Source: a virus | Direction: 5' to 3' (one strand) | Virus record (IMG/VR): IMGVR_UViG_3300026488_000011 | Span: 1 to 64,000 of that record | DNA length: 64,000 bases | Shown here: piece by piece, positions 58,774 to 64,000 of the stretch | Layout: every line of letters starts with the position of its first letter | How positions within the stretch are numbered: position 1 is the first letter of the stretch | Made by a program: the position numbers and the translations under genes | Notes under the pieces: model-generated | Told to the model about the DNA's origin: nothing | What the model saw: the letters and a program-made list of their open reading frames with translations, nothing else | Databases searched by the model: none

Positions 58774-61344
58774 ATGATAAACTTAAGAGATTATATCAAA
58801 TCAACGCTCCAGTTAGTAAACAGTATGACTATATACATACAAGATGAAGCATACTTCATAGAAGATACTATTTTTAAACTAACTGGTAATAGGGAACTGG
58901 ATCCTTTAAAATGGAAGTATGTGTTAAACCTGCAGGGAAAACCACATCCTCTTATAGACGTCCCTATCTACACATACATTCCTGATATAGGAAAAGTCGA
59001 TATAATAACAGTAGATAACATAAACAGTTATCCAGTACTGAAACAAGAGTTGTTACGCTTCGACGATACTTTTCATAGGTTAATTTCTAATTATCCTAGG
59101 CAAGCTACACAGATAAGAGGAATTTTAAATCCTATTGATGAAAAAACCGTCATTGAAGCTAAAGATGGAGAAATCCTTTATTATAACAAAAATTTCATCA
59201 GTGAGAATGAGACTGACTTAATATATGAAATACAAACATTTGTTTATAATTTCTTATCCAGATACCATATAAAAGCCTATATGGTAGATGAGTATTATCT
59301 ACCTGCAATGATTTCTTTGTTGTATTCGGTGTTGCCTGGATTTGTATTAGCGAAAAGATTAGGTAATATACTCAGTAATAAAACTGATGCTTTCCATATA
59401 GAGAATTGGTTATATACGTTAAAGGAATTAGATCCGGGTAACTTACTTAATATGTCTACTAAAATCTGGTTATACGGTAACTTGAACGACATCAGAACAA
59501 ATGTAGGACATAACAGGATACTAGGTTATCTAGTGGAAAAAATTCTTGAGGAAAATAACGTAGGGGTAGGTAATTTAACAATCAATAAGACTGCCCCTGT
59601 CTTAAAAGATGATATTGGTGACTTAAAGGATCTACCATATAGCAAAGATCATATTCTAGATATTAAACCTGTTAATAAAGCATACATAAAAGAAGACGAT
59701 GACGAAATAGATGTTTTAAAGACCTTAGAAATTGAGAAAACGTTAGATCTAATACCGGACGACATAAACATCTACAGATTGAAAGATATCTATGAAAAAC
59801 AAATCAATAGTATTAAATTAAACGAAGCTAACACTAAAGTCTTCTTTTTAGACAAAAAAGAAATGGGTAACTTCTACCCAGAGACCATTTTAACTATACT
59901 GGTCTACAACTTTATTTATAAACTAAAAAATAAAGAAATATATGTAGATAGCAAGTATGTGGATCCTATCGCTAAAAAACTTATAGAGATAGATACAAAC
60001 AAAGCTTTCTACATATTTATTAAATATCTGCTGAGTATATCTGGGATAAATGATGAAGAGATATGGTTGACTGAGTACACATTTGATTATGTTTACAAAC
60101 CAATAACCGACACTACTGAATTAACTAAAGATTTAATGTACGGTACGGAATTAAAACCTTTTGCAGATATTATGGTACACACACTTAACGAGTACTCTAA
60201 TACTGTAAACCTACAGGTATTCCACAAATATATCCTAGTGTTATTAAAGACGATGTCGTTTATGTGGTACTTAATATCCAACGTAAACGACCAAATGCTA
60301 TCAGCAGATTTAAAAGTGTTATTTAATAGGATGTTTAAGAAGGGGAGAATTAGAGAACCTAGACCCGTGGAACTGAATTCTTTAATCGAATCATATGGAT
60401 TAAGAACTGAATTTCCTAAGGATCTAGCTTACAATGGATTAAGGAGCATAGTAAAGACATTCTTTAACTTAGATATTAGAGAAATAGATGTGATAGTAGA
60501 TACATTAAAATCATATTTAAAACTATCTAACAAGTTTAAATCTTATACTATCCAATTTGTCTTTGATGCTAATGTGATCGAAAAACAAAATATACAATTT
60601 AACAGTGTAATGCTAGGTAGCGCTAATAAGGGTATAGTTACTGTGCAATACGGACACTTTAGATATTATATCGACTCCAGAATCTGGCATAGATATATTC
60701 AATTACCGCCTGAAACAGTAGCCGTGGCAGTAAACCCTGATTATTATATAATCAAACCTACTGAAAAGCTTAAATTAAGTTCAAAAATGAAGGATATCAT
60801 AGTCCTTGATAGTTATTCTACTATCCATAGAGGTGAACTGTTTGATATGTTAAAACCAGCGATGAATGGGACTATGAGTGACGGTAAAATTACATTAGGT
60901 AATATAAGTATGCTAGATGAGGCGGTTGTGAAAAATCCTAGTATAAGATATAATGTAAAATCTATACAGACTAGTATGGATGAGTTTGTAGAGACAAATG
61001 CTATTTATCCTAATTACCAAACTAAAGGTCTGTCTTCTATAGGTAGAGAAGAATATTTTAGAACAGAAAATGTAGACAGCGTAAATGAAGTATCTACTGA
61101 AAAACGACCTATTAGTAGGTCAACTGCAAATGACATTTCTGTAAATGAAGTAACAACATCTAGAGAACTAAATACATCTAGATATTCTCCTATTACTAGT
61201 AGCAAGACAGAAGAGGATGGATTAAATACTAACGAAATCAAAGATAAAACGAAGGCATCCGCATATACCACTACAGTCATAGCAGAAGAAAATCGGATTG
61301 TTACTGTTCCTACAAATACTACGTACACAGTAGATCCAGAATAA
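58774..61344 (+). CDS. Baseplate/tail structural protein (phiKZ gp128-like) with an S/T-rich C-terminal extension
   Basis: WKY.LNLQG..H..D, YP.Q...IRGILNPID and WLY.NL..IR.NVG motifs. Confidence 0.7.
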   Translation: MINLRDYIKSTLQLVNSMTIYIQDEAYFIEDTIFKLTGNRELDPLKWKYVLNLQGKPHPLIDVPIYTYIPDIGKVDIITVDNINSYPVLKQELLRFDDTFHRLISNYPRQATQIRGILNPIDEKTVIEAKDGEILYYNKNFISENETDLIYEIQTFVYNFLSRYHIKAYMVDEYYLPAMISLLYSVLPGFVLAKRLGNILSNKTDAFHIENWLYTLKELDPGNLLNMSTKIWLYGNLNDIRTNVGHNRILGYLVEKILEENNVGVGNLTINKTAPVLKDDIGDLKDLPYSKDHILDIKPVNKAYIKEDDDEIDVLKTLEIEKTLDLIPDDINIYRLKDIYEKQINSIKLNEANTKVFFLDKKEMGNFYPETILTILVYNFIYKLKNKEIYVDSKYVDPIAKKLIEIDTNKAFYIFIKYLLSISGINDEEIWLTEYTFDYVYKPITDTTELTKDLMYGTELKPFADIMVHTLNEYSNTVNLQVFHKYILVLLKTMSFMWYLISNVNDQMLSADLKVLFNRMFKKGRIREPRPVELNSLIESYGLRTEFPKDLAYNGLRSIVKTFFNLDIREIDVIVDTLKSYLKLSNKFKSYTIQFVFDANVIEKQNIQFNSVMLGSANKGIVTVQYGHFRYYIDSRIWHRYIQLPPETVAVAVNPDYYIIKPTEKLKLSSKMKDIIVLDSYSTIHRGELFDMLKPAMNGTMSDGKITLGNISMLDEAVVKNPSIRYNVKSIQTSMDEFVETNAIYPNYQTKGLSSIGREEYFRTENVDSVNEVSTEKRPISRSTANDISVNEVTTSRELNTSRYSPITSSKTEEDGLNTNEIKDKTKASAYTTTVIAEENRIVTVPTNTTYTVDPE

Positions 61345-61350
61345 TTTACC

Positions 61351-61380
61351 CACACTCTAGGGATCAGTCCCTAGAGTGTG
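61351..61380. terminator. Bidirectional terminator overlapping the vRNAP subunit stop
   Basis: CACACTCTAGGGA-TCAG-TCCCTAGAGTGTG. Confidence 0.8.
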
Positions 61381-62045
61381 TTTTTAAGATGCATTGCCGT
61401 TAAATAGTTTTTAAGAGCCTTAGTAGACATTGCGCCTTCCGCATATAAGTCTACCACTTTTTTAGATACTCTACCAAATTTCAGTAAAGCATTTTTCATT
61501 ACTGTATTAGCAGTAATGTCACCTCCTCTATCCCTCATAATTTCTACTAAAGAAGTTTTTACACCTAGACCTATTAACACCTGTAACTCAGGATAAGTCA
61601 TCTTACTGGTAGCATCATCGTCTTTAACTTGTCCAGTGATAGGATTAATTTGCTTACTGGATTCAGCTACTGATATACCTTTTTCTAGTGTTTGTTTAGT
61701 CCTTCTAAATGGTAGTGTAAGCACCATAAATTTTTCAGGAGTGATGTACTGTGGTAGGTCTTTATCTGGACCTATTGTAAGATGTTGAAAGAAATCAAAC
61801 CCCAATTCTTTAGCTAGGGAAATATTTCTTTTTAAATCTATCTTTCCATCAAATCCATCTGTAGGAATAATTACTTGTAGGATTTTTTTACCTGTACGTA
61901 AATCATTCATAAACTGCTCAAATTGTTTGTCATCCATAGAAGAGAATAAGTCTTCATAGAGTTTTACATTAAACTTACTTTGGGTAATTTTATAAATCCA
62001 GTCTTTAATAAATTTTTCTATCTCTTGTCTCTTTTTCATATTCAT
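61371..62045 (-). CDS. Virion RNA polymerase beta C-terminal subunit (phiKZ gp149-like)
   Basis: LPFRRTKQTLEKGIS, INPITGQV, KMTYPELQVL and EIM..RGGD correspond to the RpoB C-terminal motifs. Confidence 0.8.
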   Translation of the reverse strand: MNMKKRQEIEKFIKDWIYKITQSKFNVKLYEDLFSSMDDKQFEQFMNDLRTGKKILQVIIPTDGFDGKIDLKRNISLAKELGFDFFQHLTIGPDKDLPQYITPEKFMVLTLPFRRTKQTLEKGISVAESSKQINPITGQVKDDDATSKMTYPELQVLIGLGVKTSLVEIMRDRGGDITANTVMKNALLKFGRVSKKVVDLYAEGAMSTKALKNYLTAMHLKNTL

Positions 62046-62122
62046 TACCTTTACTTTTATCTTTCAGGAAAAGAAAAAAAGCGAGATGAAGAACAAAGAC
62101 GTAATAGAGGAAGACTAGTTCT

Positions 62123-62548
62123 TCATCTCTTTGCCGCTTTTCTATCTCTTTTATGTCTATTTCTTCTACGTTTATTTCTTATCTTCAACTTTAATTTTCC
62201 GAATCTTTCTGATAAATCCAGTTCCATGGAAGATGAATTTTTATCCAATATCTCGTATCTAATGGCGGCTTTGGCGTCCTCAACGAATTTGTCGAGGTAC
62301 TCCTCTGGTATATCGGCCATGATTCTTCTCATGGCCGCATTCCAGTCCTTCACAATTAAGGCGGGATCTATATGGTTTGTCCCGCCTTCACTCCAGACGC
62401 TGACCTCGTCTAGAGTGTCGATGATGTCGTCGCCACATACGTGGCTTATTTCTACTAGTTCTATTCTATACTCTTTTTCCCCTCCACTGGGGAATTTTAA
62501 TGTAGTAGAGAATATTACATTATTACCATTATTTAATTCTTTTACCAT
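62123..62548 (-). CDS. Hypothetical early protein with a basic C-terminal tail
   Basis: GGAGGT SD supports ATG 62548 (MVKEL) over the track start; tail RNKRRRNRHKRDRKAAKR. Confidence 0.7.
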   Translation of the reverse strand: MVKELNNGNNVIFSTTLKFPSGGEKEYRIELVEISHVCGDDIIDTLDEVSVWSEGGTNHIDPALIVKDWNAAMRRIMADIPEEYLDKFVEDAKAAIRYEILDKNSSSMELDLSERFGKLKLKIRNKRRRNRHKRDRKAAKR

Positions 62549-62678
62549 TTTGACCTCCAAAGTCCCGGACGCCATATTAGGAGACTCTAAAGAGTCGCTC
62601 AATTGTAAGGCGGCTTAAGAGCTTCCGCCTGGCGCTACCCGGAACAAAATTTACGTTAATTAGTTTTGCTTTGTCTTA

Positions 62679-62689
62679 TAAGTTATATA
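62679..62689 (-). promoter_or_regulatory. Putative early promoter TATATAACTTA
   Basis: Inside the cassette duplicated at 2472-2521. Confidence 0.55.
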
Positions 62690-62720
62690 TAAGTGAAATA
62701 AAATGCATGCTAAAAATACA

Positions 62721-62750
62721 TACCTTTCTAGGAACGTTCCTAGAAAGGTA
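62721..62750 (-). terminator. Perfect 30-nt palindrome overlapping the stop
   Basis: TACCTTTCTAGGAACGTTCCTAGAAAGGTA. Confidence 0.75.
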
Positions 62751-63453
62751 TTATCAGATAGATTTTATCAGGTTGTTTTAAACTAACATATTTTAGATTA
62801 AAGTTAACGGTGGTCTTAGGGAGTATAGTGTATAGAGGTAGTGTGGCATCATTGCCAAATACATTACCTCTGTCTAATTCTATAAAGGCTAGGTTATTTA
62901 CCCTTTTATAAATACTAACACCTCCTATATCTTCTCTCACTCTTCCATCATATCCATTTCTTAAACCGTGTAAGTTTAACATCCTTACCCTATAGTTAAC
63001 AGGTGCGTTGCCTTTAGGTAAATTCACTACTGGAAAGTCTTTGAACACATAACTGAAACCATCATCTATGTTACTAGTATTATAACCTACCCTGTATCCA
63101 GTTAATTCCAGGTAAGCGTTAGGAATAATACTTAAGTCATAACTATCAGGATTAGGCATCATGATATAATCGTTGTATTTTGCATCATGATAGATAGCAA
63201 AAGGTGTGTCTCTAAATACTGATTTACCTTTTACTAAAAAGGTAAACCTATTGTCCATATCTGGGTCATATGGTTTATTATTAGGTTCATTATTACTTAC
63301 CTCTAAAGAATCAATCTCAACTTCAGATATTAATTTATCAGGTAGTGTTATCATTGGTACACTAGAAGTAAAAACTAAATTTACCACAGGGTCGCTGTTT
63401 TTCTTTTCATTACCATCGTACAGTTTGAAGGATCTCCTATCAATATTACTCAT
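62740..63453 (-). CDS. Hypothetical protein
   Basis: 237 aa with AAGGAG SD. Confidence 0.75.
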   Translation of the reverse strand: MSNIDRRSFKLYDGNEKKNSDPVVNLVFTSSVPMITLPDKLISEVEIDSLEVSNNEPNNKPYDPDMDNRFTFLVKGKSVFRDTPFAIYHDAKYNDYIMMPNPDSYDLSIIPNAYLELTGYRVGYNTSNIDDGFSYVFKDFPVVNLPKGNAPVNYRVRMLNLHGLRNGYDGRVREDIGGVSIYKRVNNLAFIELDRGNVFGNDATLPLYTILPKTTVNFNLKYVSLKQPDKIYLIIPF

Positions 63454-63463
63454 TCTCTACTCC

Positions 63464-63880
63464 TTAAATAGCGTCATTATTGAACAATAAAGGTATTGTA
63501 TAATCAATCATGCAATCTAGCCATCCTTCTTCATCTGCATAGTATGGAATAGCCATCAATAGAGGCATGATGTCAATATTTTCGTCTTCTGCTTTTAATT
63601 TATATAGATGATTTATCAGTACTCCGCTAATAACCAATTTTTGTACTTGATCTTTCTTATTTTCAATATCAGGTTCTTCTGCTCTAATCATCTCTTCTAT
63701 TTTCTGTGCTTTTTCAGGATTTATCTTATAAGCTGCTTCCATCAGTTTTCTAAAGATATTTATATCGGCATCAGATTTCTCACTAGCGTATAATTTTAAT
63801 CCTGCCATTCTAAGTTTTTGACTAGCTTCTTGTAGCTCTTTCATAGATTGTTCAATCTCGTTTAACTTTTTACCGTCCAT
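63464..63880 (-). CDS. Hypothetical protein
   Basis: 138 aa with AGGAG SD. Confidence 0.75.
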   Translation of the reverse strand: MDGKKLNEIEQSMKELQEASQKLRMAGLKLYASEKSDADINIFRKLMEAAYKINPEKAQKIEEMIRAEEPDIENKKDQVQKLVISGVLINHLYKLKAEDENIDIMPLLMAIPYYADEEGWLDCMIDYTIPLLFNNDAI

Positions 63881-64000
63881 TTCTTCTCCTTTTATAATAT
63901 TATTGTTTCAGTGTATAAAGAGAAAAGAAAAAAGTTGACTAGGAATATTTCCTAGTCGTTAAACCATTTTTCGTATTCCTTTTTAGGCTTTTTAGTTTTC

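Noticed and set aside
512-63793. Many antisense or nested track ORFs (e.g. 512..1225, 13719..14177, 30093..30641, 55122..55655, 61980..62618)
   Set aside because: Shadow frames of real genes: F/S/L/I-rich, no SD, fully overlapping better-supported CDS
1-64000. Stop-codon recoding as seen in some jumbo phages
   Set aside because: Core genes are full length in the standard code, and TAG, TGA and TAA all end genes at terminator hairpins
1-64000. CRISPR arrays and tRNA genes
   Set aside because: No regularly spaced direct repeats; no cloverleaf with a T-loop/CCA pattern seen by eye; tRNAscan-SE would confirm

Overview
A 64-kb AT-rich segment of a nucleus-forming jumbo phage (phiKZ-like, Chimalliviridae). 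It uses the standard genetic code, most genes are on the minus strand, and coding density is high. Recognisable core genes are chimallin (ChmA, nuclear shell); a syntenic block of SbcD, gp66-like, ChmC-like, nvRNAP gp68-like, PicA-like, gp70-like, nvRNAP beta and beta' C-terminal subunits and an SF2 helicase; the catalytic half of the split family-B DNA polymerase; the virion RNAP beta C-terminal subunit; the portal; baseplate proteins; three paralogous internal head proteins; a dNMP kinase; and MazG. The phiKZ gp numbers come from motifs, size and synteny as I remember them, not from a database search. Main unexplained signals: (1) two copies of a ~250-nt GC-rich non-coding element 40 kb apart, with a covarying ~20-bp hairpin and G-tracts on the strand antisense to neighbouring genes (candidate structured RNA or replication-origin primer module); (2) a start-less 133-codon ORF missed by the ORF track, reachable by a -1 shift at A_AAA_AAG at the DNA polymerase stop, possibly giving a polymerase-NADAR-like fusion; (3) a multi-hairpin leader upstream of chmA; (4) terminator hairpins that systematically overlap stop codons, as expected if transcription and translation are uncoupled; (5) a sigma region-2-only protein behind a duplicated promoter cassette.
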